From: Octopus bimaculoides
Taxonomy: Eukaryota
Direction of reading: 5' to 3'
Length of the DNA stretch: 64,000 nt
NCBI RefSeq assembly: GCF_001194135.2
Contig: NC_068991.1
Coordinates: 940,127 to 1,004,126 of the forward strand
Made by a program: the position numbers and the translations under genes. The notes under the pieces are model-generated. The model was not told the DNA's origin, did no database searches, and worked only from the letters and a program-made list of their open reading frames with translations. Of the stretch, positions 28,313 to 40,167 are shown piece after piece (the stretch's first letter is position 1; every line of letters begins with the position of its first letter).

Positions 28313-29593
28313 GAGCGAGAGAGAGAGAGAGCGAGAGAGAGAGAGAGGGGGGATAGGGGGAGCTAGAGAGGGTGGGAGAGAAAGGAAAACAAGAAATGAT
28401 ATAATTCAACAGTAATGAACTGAGTAGAAAACCGGAACCGGAAACATAGGTATAATATATAAACAAGAAATAAAAAGAAAGCGGTTAGCTGGAAGTGAAA
28501 CTAGCTTTTGGAAACGAGGCTGGCAAATTGTGAGGCTGAAAAGAACGCGTTGCGCTTCTGCGTGCGCGCGTGAGTGTATTGATTTATTTTTCTTTGGTCG
28601 GAGAGAACAATTGAGGGGAGAAGCAGGGATTTAATCATAATAGGAGAGAGAATAAAGGAGAGGCGGTAGGAGAGAGAGAGGGAGAGAGAGAGAGCGAGAG
28701 AGAGAGAGAGGTGGGGGTAGAGAAAGAGTTTAAAGAGAGGGTGAAGAGAGAAGGAAGTAATGTAGTTTAGAGAGAGAGAGAGAGAGAGAGAGATAAAGTG
28801 GAGTGGGATGAATAAAGAGAAGAGGGGGTAGTAAAGGTTATTTATGGAGAGGGAGAGAGAGAGAGAGAGAGAGGAAGGAAGGAAGTTGTTGTAGAGCAAT
28901 ATTTAGACGCGATGTCGAGTTGTTTAGCACCAGGTCAATCCTGGTCGAATAGATTAATGATTAATGATTGCTTGACATTAATGATTGAAGCCGCTTCAGC
29001 TATGACTATCATCTCTTTCAAGGTATATGAAAAACTGCATTATCGAATGTGTCACTTTCCCAAGAAAGAAGACTCGACTACTATTTCTAGCAAGACGACG
29101 GCGATGTCGAGGATACTTCCTGAAAGTGGCATCTTGAGGCGGAGGCGTATTGAAGTGAGGTGTACGGAAGTGTAGTGAGTTGTGGTGCATCATGGGTATA
29201 TTGTGATCCGGTGTGACTGGTTGTCGTATGGCATTAGCAGTGGTCACGTGTCAGCTTCACTCTCATTAAACATTGACTTGAGTTGCTGATAGAAATGGTA
29301 AACCACAGTTAGACAACTACGTTTACATGTGATGCGCACAAGACACACACACACACGCACCTGTGTGAGAGCACGTATGTATAACAAAGACGAATAGGGG
29401 TGTATTAAATACCATACAAAATAAATTTTTGATTTATTGAAATTATTTCTGCTTCCAGAGAAGATAGAACAATGGTGACAAGTATGACCAACTCCAAAAG
29501 AAGAGAGGACATAATTCCAACAATCAAGAATTCTTCAAAAGTAATATGCGATTAAAGAAAAGACAGACTGAGTATCTGAGAATAAGAGGAGAG

Positions 29594-29635
29594 CCGTGGA
29601 CACGTATTTCTCTCTCGTTAGGCATCATCAGCACA
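29594..29635 (-). ncRNA. Degenerate hammerhead motif, same family as 31400-31442
   Basis: Minus strand TGTG CTGATGA TGCCT-AACG-AGAGA GAAAT ACGT GTC CACGG. Confidence 0.5.
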
Positions 29636-30076
29636 TCAGTTGGCATAACCGGTCTCCCCCTATACCAAGTCATAGAACAACGAGAAACTCATCCACCCTG
29701 TAAAAACACCACAAAACTCACACCGCTCATATTGTCCACTACAAGGACTAACTGCACTCTGGCTGTGAGATGGATGAAGATGTCTTTTTAAAAATCTCAG
29801 AAAACAGAACGCAGCATACACTACACCTAACCACAAACTCGTGGCTAGAATATATTACAAGAATTTCAAATTTTGGTACAAGGCCAGCAAGTTCAGAGAG
29901 GGCGGAAGTCGATTACATCGACCCCAGTATACAACTGGTACTTCTTTTATCGACCCCCAAAAGGATGAAAGGCAAAGTCGATCTCGGCGGAATTTGCACT
30001 CAGAACGTAAAAGCAGTCGAAATGCCGCTAAGCATTTTGGCCAGTGTGCGAACGACTCTGCCAGTTCACCGACTTC

Positions 30077-30120
<44 letters not shown>

Positions 30121-30497
30121 CAGGCAAAAAAATATCTAAGTGAATTCCGAATACAAAAAATTTCAGAATTAGACGTACTAGAAACAAGCGCAGAAAAAGG
30201 TAAGCACGTGAAAATCCGTACCTTTGATATTCTGACTGATAAATGGCAAGAAAAACCTCTCAATGGCAAATACCCAAAGAGAGCGAATAATGCCGATGTT
30301 GACAAAGCCCTTACCCATCAATGGCTAATGGCTTCTGGCTTTAAATCAGAAACGGAAGGGTTTATCATAGCAGCCCAAGATCAATACCTACCTACAAGGA
30401 ACTACCAGGCCAACATATTAAAGAACGGCAGCTTCCCAATATGTCGTGTATGTCAACAACAAAATGAAACCATTGATCATGTTGTCTCCATGTGCAA
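30121..30497 (+). mobile_element. R4/Dong-clade non-LTR retrotransposon fragment (post-RT region and CCHC knuckle)
   Basis: KWQEKPLNGKY...THQWLMASGFKSETEGFIIAAQDQYLPTRNY...CRVCQQQNETIDHVVSMC; abuts a (TAA)n tract. Confidence 0.85.
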
Positions 30498-31399
30498 ACC
30501 CGAATTGCTGCTGTGTGGTTTCGAGTTCAGTTCTATTGCGCACAATCTTGGGCAGGTTTCTTCTACTATAGCCCTGGACTGTGAATGAATTTGGTAGACA
30601 GAAACTGTGAGGAAGCCTATCGTGTATGTGTGTATTTTGTTGGTCCTCCCACACTGCTTTACAACTGGTCTTGATTGTTTATGTCCCCCGTAACTTAGCG
30701 GTTCGGTCAAAAACCGATAGAATAAATACAAGACTTTAAAAAAAGTAAGTACTGGGTTTGATTCGTTCGACTAAATTCTTGAAGGCGGTGCCTCAGCATG
30801 GCCATAGCCCACTGACTGAAACAAGTGAAAGATAAAAGATATGCGCGTGGAATACATGCTACATTGATTATTGACAAAATACTTTTGGTCAATAAACTTC
30901 GACCAGAACGTAACCTGACGAGATACGTGTTGCGTTTCAAAAATTGTACATCAAAAGTATGTTGCATGTCTGTTATGTTGATGTTGTCCTCGTCCGTTTC
31001 ACGTTTTATTCACTTCTTTCCCGAAACAGTAAAACATATTTTTGTTTTAATTAATTTCTTTATAAAACTTGTGGAAAAGTTAATTAAAAAAAACAGGCAA
31101 ATAATGGCAAAATTAACCTAAGTATATGACAATGCTTACGTTTCAGTACAGGAAGTTGTCTTCAGTACAGGAAGTTGTCTTCAGCACTGCCTTTATTTAT
31201 AGAGAAATCCATGCGGCTTGTGATTCAAACAGTTTAAAATATTTCAGCGTCTAGAAGATGTGACATAATTACTAAATGTCAATTAAAATTAACTCCATTT
31301 GAGAAGGTGAGATAATCTCAAGATTTAAGAATTCTCCAAAGTTGACTGACGTACCATTAAGGAAAAGGGCGTGCTTATTGTGTGGAGATAAAAAGACAG

Positions 31400-31442
31400 C
31401 CATGGACACGTGTTTCTGCCTCAGTAGCCATCATCAGCACAG
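31400..31442 (-). ncRNA. Minimal type I hammerhead ribozyme motif (Penelope-type)
   Basis: Minus strand CTGTG CTGATGA TGGCT-ACTG-AGGCA GAAAC ACGT GTC CATGG: full core, palindromic stem III, GUC cleavage triplet, one G-G mismatch in stem II. Confidence 0.6.
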
Positions 31443-31642
31443 AAATTGCCTGACCTTGTCTCTGGTGGTCAAAGGACCTGGGTAATTTGCATAAAGAACT
31501 TGAAGTGAGAAATATGAAAGTCAAAAGTCGAAAAAATATATATATTCTGTTTCATCTGTAAGTTCTTAGCTGAAGAGCCTACGACCAAAACAGATTATTT
31601 TAGTGCCCCCCACCCCCGGTTATGGATTAAGTGCATCTGTAT

Positions 31643-31644
<2 letters not shown>

Positions 31645-31735
<91 letters not shown>
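31645..31735. repeat. (GT)n microsatellite, representative of dozens of di-, tri- and tetranucleotide tracts
   Basis: Others include (CT)n(AT)n 3465-3550, (TAG)n 19660-19730, (GA)n 20312-20395, (ATCT)n 20610-20770, (AAT)/(GAT)n 25535-25670. Many flank N gaps. Confidence 0.95.
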
Positions 31736-31737
<2 letters not shown>

Positions 31738-31911
31738 TGCTCGCTCGCGCTCGGAAGTCAGGACGGAAACTGTTACAACCGATTCTAAATTATGAAAAGT
31801 AGCAAGAATATATTGCCCAAATCGCAAAACAAAATAAACCGCAAAAGGTCTTACCTTATATATGTAGACACACACACAAAATGGCGATGTATATACGTGT
31901 TCCATTTGTCT

Positions 31912-32220
31912 CTAGCCACGTTTGTGAATCGTGTCATCGCCGTCATTGCCGTCATCAGCCGATGCTTTCGTCGGTTTCATCGCTATGAGATTTGGATTCC
32001 AGAATTTGTAGTAATAAATCGACATAACCAACGACAGCAAACATACCATGATCACATAGATGAAAACCACCAGGATTTTACCGATCATTTCGGAGTATTT
32101 CGTCTGTTTTTCGGGTGTCACTTTCGAAGGTATTTCTGGTTCGTTCGAATCAACATCATTCGTTTCTTCTGTTCTGTCCTGCACTGAACGAGCGCGTAAT
32201 TCTGTATCGTCGGTCGACAT
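31912..32220 (-). CDS. Divergent InaF-motif small transmembrane protein (102 aa)
   Basis: Acidic N-terminus, one hydrophobic helix KILVVFIYVIMVCLLSLVMSIYYYKFWNP with the InaF-type Y-V...IYY...W-x-P spacing, short polar tail. Acceptor ggttcttcag| just before 32239 and donor AAG|GTAAGA after 31855 define a 385-nt exon holding the whole ORF. Confidence 0.75.
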   Translation of the reverse strand: MSTDDTELRARSVQDRTEETNDVDSNEPEIPSKVTPEKQTKYSEMIGKILVVFIYVIMVCLLSLVMSIYYYKFWNPNLIAMKPTKASADDGNDGDDTIHKRG

Positions 32221-33332
32221 ATTGGATTTATTTTAATGTCTGAAGAACCAGCAATATTATCAATATATATATATATTTGTACACGTATATTATATTGTAT
32301 TATGAAGTATGTTATGTACAATGTTGTATTGTTCACTATTGCATTGTATTGTTACAATACAATGTTATATGGCATCATATTGTAATGTGTTGTATTTCGA
32401 CACTTGATGTTTATGTCATGCAATAAGACTGTTGGCTCTGATGCAGTTAGGAAGTGTTGTTTTGCCAGATACTCTACACTCCGTACTGTGTATGTAATAT
32501 ACTGAGTCCAAGTTATATATATCTCGTCTTCTATTGATGTTATATCTTCAACTAAATCGACTTTACATCGATAAACAACAACAACAACCACCACCACCGC
32601 AATAAACTTAAATAGTGTGTGAACACTGACGACATGTGTTGGGAACAGACTGCAGTCAAAGACACTCGATAATAACAACAACAGCAATAATAATAATAAT
32701 GATGATCGCTTCTTGGCGACTACCACGGCATTAATTGCTAATACCACCACCACCACCACCACCACCATCATCATCACCACAGTCATATCAAGGACGACAT
32801 ATTGTTTATATTGAATTTTGCAAGAAAAGTAAAAGGTACACTCGTTTAGATTTCTTTTGAAAATAGTCTTAATTTAATGATGACGACGACGACGACGATG
32901 ATGATGATGATGCTGCTGATGATGATGACGACGTTGATAATTACACACACACACACACACACACAATGTATATGTTTGTGTGTGTGTATGTGTGTGTGTG
33001 AGAGAGAGAGAGACAAACGGCAACAGCTGTTAAGTGTTTGCGAATGTTTTCTTCAAACGACCTTCAAAGGTGAGAACCATGTAAAACTGTGAACACTGCG
33101 TAGGATCGACCAAGTGTTTCTAGAAGCAATCGATATTATGTCATTAATGGCAGCCATAGGTGAGGATGGCCTGGGAACTATTGGAGGCGTTTTAGGAAGA
33201 CAATATGAATCATTTCTTTTGCTGTTCTTTGATGTCCAGAATTAGGAAGGACACCCAGAATGTCTTTGGCCTAGAAGTGTGTCAAGGGCATTGGCTTAGG
33301 ACCAGGAGGGTTCAGGAGGTGCAAACACTTAC

Positions 33333-33774
33333 CACCCACCCCGGGTGGCGGGCGGGGACACTGAAAACGCTTTGAATATTCTGGGTTTGCACCTCCAAAG
33401 CAAATTTCGTTCCCGCAGTTATATACATGGGAAGCTTTGATTGTTCAGGCAAACTGTAGAAGTATGGCCATGTTTATAACGGCCAATATCTGAATCTGAG
33501 AGATACACATACAAGGCAACGGAACCATTCTGTCATCGTCTGCGTGTCCCGAATATTCGACATAAGACAAACTCGCCAAATGGACAATCATACTAGCATT
33601 TTCTAAAATAATAATAATAATAAAAAATAGTAAATGATGAAATGTTTTATTAGATTGGTATCAAATAGGCAAGTCTTTAGTCAACGTAAAACATTAAGAA
33701 AACGTTATGAGACAATTTCAAACGAAATGACCACCACGTAGAGGAAGATAGCTCCTCCTTGCCAAAGGAAGGCG
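33333..33774. promoter_or_regulatory. Candidate bidirectional promoter (InaF paralog minus / DNAAF1 plus)
   Basis: Outward-facing strong donors: minus GTG|GTAAGT after 33333 and plus GCG|GTGAGT after 33774. Both genes appear to need a noncoding first exon. Confidence 0.35.
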
Positions 33775-34450
33775 GTGAGTTACACTTCAAGATTTGGAAG
33801 CTGCAACTACCCTGCACATGGCCATTCGATATTAGCTCATAGATCAGCACGGACAAAGAACGGTTTCGTTGCCTCGCATCTAAAATTGGTCAAGTTCCTG
33901 GCGGTTTTAATACGGACAGAGGTTATAGAGTTTACCACTAACAGCCCTGCGCTCTGTGAATCTGAAAATTCTTCAAAAGTGACAATCCATTTTGTGCCTT
34001 CGACTGTTTCCAGGCCATCTTCACTCACACTCTTCAATAAAAATAATATTGATTGTTTTAATACCTACAACAAATATTCGGTCGATCCTATATAAAGTAA
34101 CAACCAGTAAAAACATTCAGTCTTCGCACACACACACACACACACACTGCTGTTTGAAGGAAACACTTAGAGACAAAGCACAGCTGTTACGTTCGCTCCA
34201 ATTTCTCAATAACTAGTGGCGCACTTTCATTTTTATTCTTATTGTTGTCGTTGTTGTGGTTCTTCTGATTTTTCTTTCCCTATCTTATGTTCACTCGCAA
34301 ACACACACAGACATACAATTTAATATGTAAAACCCCGAATAAGGGTGGAAATTTTTGTGGCTCGGTTTCTCATTGTGGACCTGAAAGAAGAAAGGAGTGG
34401 CTGTGCTGAGAAAGGTGAAAGAGATAGATAGATAGATAGATAGAGAGAGG

Positions 34451-34484
<34 letters not shown>

Positions 34485-34490
34485 GAGAGG

Positions 34491-34529
<39 letters not shown>

Positions 34530-34879
34530 TTATAAGTCACACAGGGCCGAACACAGAGGGGACAATACAATGTAGAATTTTTCTTTTCGAAAACGATTAA
34601 AAGGGATCGAAAACGTTTTCGGACGTGTACACAAGGAAATAGCAAATGCGCCGTTTTTAACAATTAGATTTCCCAGAAGCGGGAGTAAATATAACATTAA
34701 CTAGATTTAACCGTGGAAAAAAAACCTACGAAAAAGAACTACGATAACCTCGGGAAAAAATATCTTAACATGAGAGCAAAGCGTTCTTTCTCTCTTTGTT
34801 TTATAGCATCATGCTCAAGGTGGCTCCGTCATTCATGCGTACCATCCTTGCCACATTCACCCACCTTTTGTTAAACCTT

Positions 34880-35920
34880 TCATTAGATGAAACTTCCCTC
34901 TCTATTCTCACATTTCTTTTCAAGTGATATTTGAAATAATTGATGAGAGGTTGGCCAAGAAGGAAAGTGTTTGTCTCTAAACCTTTCAAACGAGTCCATC
35001 ATACACAGTCTTTCGCCATAGCCACCAGTCCAATGAAAACTGCCTTGCCTTCCCGGTTAAAGGAAGGTGGCGGGGCAATATTCCCGATAGACTCGGCTGA
35101 CAACTGAATTCTTCCTACACGTGACAGCGGCCATTCAACATAAGCCCACAGGTCTGAAATATTTGGACATCTGAAATATTTGGACATCTGAAATATTTGG
35201 TCGAGTGCGTACAGAAGGGTTTCGTCGCTCTAACCGCATCTCGGGCAGGTCGATCCGGTGTTTCTTGAACCGTGTCTGTAGACCTTATCTCGAACGGGCA
35301 ATGCTTCCCGATAGCACTGCCAGGCCAGGGATCTCTGGAAANNNNNNNNNNNNNNNNNNNNNNNNNNNNNNNNNNNNNNNNNNNNNNNNNNNNNNNNNNN
35401 NNNNNNNNNNNNNNNNNNNNNNNNNNNNNNNNNNNNNNNNNNNNNNNNNNNNNNNNNNNNNNNNNNNNNNNNNNNNNNNNNNNNNNNNNNNNNNNNNNNN
35501 NNNNNNNNNNNNNNNNNNNNNNNNNNNNNNNNNNNNNNNNNNNNNNNNNNNNNNNNNNNNNNNNNNNNNNNNNNNNNNNNNNNNNNNNNNNNNNNNNNNN
35601 NNNNNNNNNNNNNNNNNNNNNNNNNNNNNNNGTCTATGAAACGCTGGAGATGTCGCAGTCTCAGCGCATGTCTGTGTACCATCAACCACGGCATACCCAG
35701 CCCTCCATTTAGCGGATGTTGGCAGCAAATGGATCGCCTGACCATCGGAACGCTTCCCTTCCACAAGAAGCGGAAGAGTATGCGTTCCAGTTGCGTGATC
35801 GTAGGATCAGAACAAGATACGATGGCCAGACGGTAGTAGATGACGGTTGCGATGCACGCATTCTCCACCTCAGCCCGACCCTTTTAGAGATAGCTTCCTC
35901 TAGGCTCATTGCTGGGTGAG
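34880..35920 (-). mobile_element. L1/Tx1-clade LINE remnant (RT C-terminus and zinc knuckle), interrupted by a gap
   Basis: YYRLAIV...LERILFRFLWKG...HPLNGGLGMP; LAWQCYREALPV...TCPRCG; 17-bp triplication ctgaaatatttggacat at about 35155-35200. Confidence 0.8.
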
Positions 35921-35929
35921 AGTGGCCAC

Positions 35930-36250
35930 CCTACTCGTTATCTCATCCCAGTTCTGCTCCATTTGGGACGAGATAAGATAGATAGATAGATAGATAGATA
36001 TATAGATAGATAGATAGGAAAGTGACGGGACGCCGGTCCGTCACAGGTGAAATGCTAGATGCAGGAAGCAAGAGTGAGAGAAAGTTGTGGCGGAAGAGTC
36101 AACAGAAGTCCGCCATTACATTCTGAAAGAACCGCGTGGAGCTAAGGTGTTTCGCTCATAAACACACACATCGCCCAGTCTGAGATTCGAACCCGCGATC
36201 CCTCGACCGCGAGTCTGCTCGTCTAAACACTAGGCCATGTGCCTCCACAA
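35930..36250 (-). mobile_element. tRNA-derived SINE
   Basis: Minus head TGGCCTAGTG (A box) ... GGTTCGAATC (B box). Confidence 0.75.
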
Positions 36251-36430
36251 CTAACAGTAATTAGGGCGTTAATTACTAAGCATGGTTGTGTGGTGAGAAG
36301 TTTGCTTCGCAACCGCATGGTTCCGGGTTCAGAATCATTGCATGGCACCTTTGGCTAGTGTCTTCTGCTACAACCCTGGCCGAGCGAAGCCTTGTGAGTT
36401 GATTTGGTGGACGGAAACGGAAAGAAGCCT

Positions 36431-36501
<71 letters not shown>

Positions 36502-37323
36502 NNNNNNNNNNNNNNNNNNNNNNNNNNNNNNNNNNNNNNNNNNNNNNNNNNNNNNNNNNNNNNNNNNNNNNNNNNNNNNNNNNNNNNNNNNNNNNNNNNN
36601 NNNNNNNNNNNNNNNNNNNNNNNNNNNNNNNNNNNNNNNNNNNNNNNNNNNNNNNNNNNNNNNNNNNNNNNNNNNNNNNNNNNNNNNNNNNNNNNNNNNN
36701 NNNNNNNNNNNNNNNNNNNNNNNNNNNNNNNNNNNNNNNNNNNNNNNNNNNNNNNNNNNNNNNNNNNNNNNNNNNNNNNNNNNNNNNNNNNNNNNNNNNN
36801 NNNNNNNNNNNNNNNNNNNNNNNNNNNNNNNNNNNNNNNNNNNNNNNNNNNNNNNNNNNNNNNNNNNNNNNNNNNNNNNNNNNNNNNNNNNNNNNNNNNN
36901 NNNNNNNNNNNNNNNNNNNNNNNNNNNNNNNNNNNNNNNNNNNNNNNNNNNNNNNNNNNNNNNNNNNNNNNNNNNNNNNNNNNNNNNNNNNNNNNNNNNN
37001 NNNNNNNNNNNNNNNNNNNNNNNNNNNNNNNNNNNNNNNNNNNNNNNNNNNNNNNNNNNNNNNNNNNNNNNNNNNNNNNNNNNNNNNNNNNNNNNNNNNN
37101 NNNNNNNNNNNNNNNNNNNNNNNNNNNTTTACCCTTTCTGTTATTCAGGTGTTCCATTCCATTCAAAAAACAGCGTTCAAAGCGAGAAATTTAATTGGTT
37201 CGTTTCACTAACGGAACCCATTTCCACCTTTTCCACTCACCCCGTTGCTATGACACCGTACCAGACGCTTGTTTTCTAACAAGGTAAGAAGACTCAACTG
37301 TTTTGTCTCCACATTATCATCTC

Positions 37324-37364
<41 letters not shown>

Positions 37365-37726
37365 CTCTTTCTCTCTCTCACGCTTTCTCTCTCTCTCTCT
37401 CTTTCTCTCTCTGTCTCTCATCTCACATTTAATAATTCAACTGCCATTTTATTTGTTTTATCAACTTTTAAACACTCCGTGTTTCCTTCAGACACTTTCA
37501 CCTCGTTTTAATTTTCTTTTCAAATATCTCCTGTTTTGTTAATGGCGTTCGGGGTTCAAATATTGACTTGGTTCACTTCACTTTTCTTGGTTTGATTCAA
37601 GGAACTGGTATAATATAATGCGGGGAGGTGTGCAAAAAGGGCAATTTCGTCCCCCCTACAGTCCCCTCTCAGCCCTCCGTCCAATGGAATTAGAGGCTTT
37701 CTGTCACTATCAAACATCGCACCCCC

Positions 37727-37759
<33 letters not shown>

Positions 37760-39137
37760 AAGACATATGGAAAATACATACACATATTTATTACTATACA
37801 TAAGTACGTACGTACATACATACATACATAAATACATACATATATACATGCATACGTATGTATCTGTTTGTGTCTATGTTCATAAGTGGGTACTTAAACA
37901 TGCATACGTATAAATGCGTAAATACGTATATGTTTCATTATCATTTACTGTACGTTTCTCATGCTGGCATGGGTTGGATGGTTTGACAGGACCCGATGAG
38001 CGTCAGGGCCCTATCATGCTCCAGTGTCTGCTTTGGCATGGTTTCTACAACTGGCTGCTCTGCCTGATGCCAATCTCTTTACAGAGTGGAGTAGGTGCGT
38101 TTTTCAAGCCACTGGCACGAGTGAGGTCGCCATGTGACTATATATAGTTAAACTTAAACACACACAGAGGCACATGCGTACACATATATGTATGTGTGTC
38201 ATATAACTTGCAAGACAGAAAAGAAGAGGCAAAAAGAAAAGGGGAAAAACTCCCATTTGTAAGAGGAAGTATTTGCAAGGAGAAGGTGACGGTGGGGCTA
38301 GTAGAGTCAGTGGTTGTGCTGTGTGTTTGTGAGAATGTCAGCTGCAATAGCGTGATGTCTGTTTTATTTGTTATTGTTATTATTATTATAGCTTATTCAG
38401 TGGTGGTTTTGTAGTTTTAAAAAGACAACCCTGTAATACAATAACTCACATATAGACAAGGAATCTGTTTGTCTACTTTTAGCTCTTCTGACAACCTGTT
38501 GTTTATCCTATCATCATCACATGATGCTATTCTCTGGATTAACACAGCCTTGAATTTCAAAGCAACTATTGACCACACTGCCACTTGACTTAATACTCAA
38601 ACATGACAGCCAGTTGTTATCCCTGCTCTCACATGACACATTCACTGGACCAATACAGATTTGACTTTTTGATGTAATTAACATTCATATAGTCACATGA
38701 TCCTCTGACCCTGCGTCCAAACACCATAAAATTGAGCAAATTTTCAAAACCTTTGTCAGAATCAAGATAAATTATATAGCACATGTGCCGGTGGCACATG
38801 AAAAATAACATTCGAACGTGGTCATTGCCAGTGCCGCCAGACTGGCTCCCATGCAGGTAGCACATAAAAACACCTTTTGAGCATGGTCATTGCCAGAAGT
38901 GCCTGACTGGCCCTCATGCCGGTGGCACGTAAAAGCACCAACTACACTCTCGGAGTGGTTGGTGTTAGGAAGGGCATCCAGATCAGATTGAGCTTGGTGC
39001 AGCCTCCTGATTCACCAGTTCTCAGTCAAACGGTCCAACCCATGCCAGCATGGAAAGTGGATGTTAAACAACAATGATGATATATATATGTATGTATATG
39101 ATGATAGACTTGTATCTGTTTTTTTCATTCTCTTCAG

Positions 39138-39348
39138 ATGCCCACCACCATTAAAATATCTGCTGATGACATCACAACTGCTACAACCAACACCAACACC
39201 AGTGCCACCCCCCACAACAACAACAACAACAGCAACTCTACAGAACTGCCACCTTCTCTCAGCCAATCCAATTCTGATGCTAACAACATAGTTTCTACAA
39301 AACCAGGAGCAGGAATTGCTGAAGATTCTGTTTTTGAAACAGAAAATG
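39138..39348 (+). CDS. DNAAF1: DNAAF1 coding exon 1 (low-complexity Thr/Asn-rich N-terminus)
   Basis: tcttcag|ATG...GAA AAT G|gtaaat; phase 1 matches the next exon. Confidence 0.7.
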
Positions 39349-40132
39349 GTAAATGATTTTGTTTTCCATCAAAATTTACAGAGTTTGTGATATTTCTAAA
39401 TTAATGACGTTTGTTGTTGATTGGTTAATTGGCATTCAGTTCTTGTTAATGGTACCCTACGGTGTCCATGTAAGAGTAAAATGTCAGTAGTGCATGTGGG
39501 GACAGGTACTGGACTGTGTCTGTGGTAAATAGGGACCACTGGATGGTATAGTTCTCTGTATTGTATTAAGGATTTAAATACTTCACTCTCAACAGATTTT
39601 GGCTTCAAATTTTGGCACAATGCCAGTAAATTTGAGGGGAGGGGGAAGTCGATCACATCGACCCCAGTACTCAGTTGGTACTTATTTTACTGACCCCAAA
39701 AGGATGAAGGGCAAATCAACCTCAGCAGAGCTTGAACTCCAGACATAAAGACCAATGAAATGCAACAAAGCATTTTGCCAACCATTCTGCCAACTCACTC
39801 AGTCTTTTACTCTCAAAAGATATTAAAGTTATTTTGATCTCCAATTGATTCCAGTGATTTCCAGTGTTCTTTGTTTAGTGGCTCCAAACCTAGGGTCCGC
39901 AGAACACTGGTGGTCTGTGGTGGGGGGGGGGATGAACTAAATTCAAAATTTCATATATATATATNNNNNNNNNNNNNNNNNNNNNNNNNNNNNNNNNNNN
40001 NNNNNNNNNNNNNNNNNNNNNNNNNNNNNNNNNNNATATAAAAGGATAAGCATATTAAAAGGGGTCCATGGGAAAACACATTTAAATAAAAGGGTTGGAA
40101 ACCACTGGTTTATACCATTGATATGAAGTTGT

Positions 40133-40167
<35 letters not shown>

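Noticed and set aside
27984-28466. 160-aa minus ORF containing MAESSETA...
   Set aside because: Built from a GA microsatellite plus a SINE head (gaagatggcagaatcg...gagttcaaatc); not a gene.
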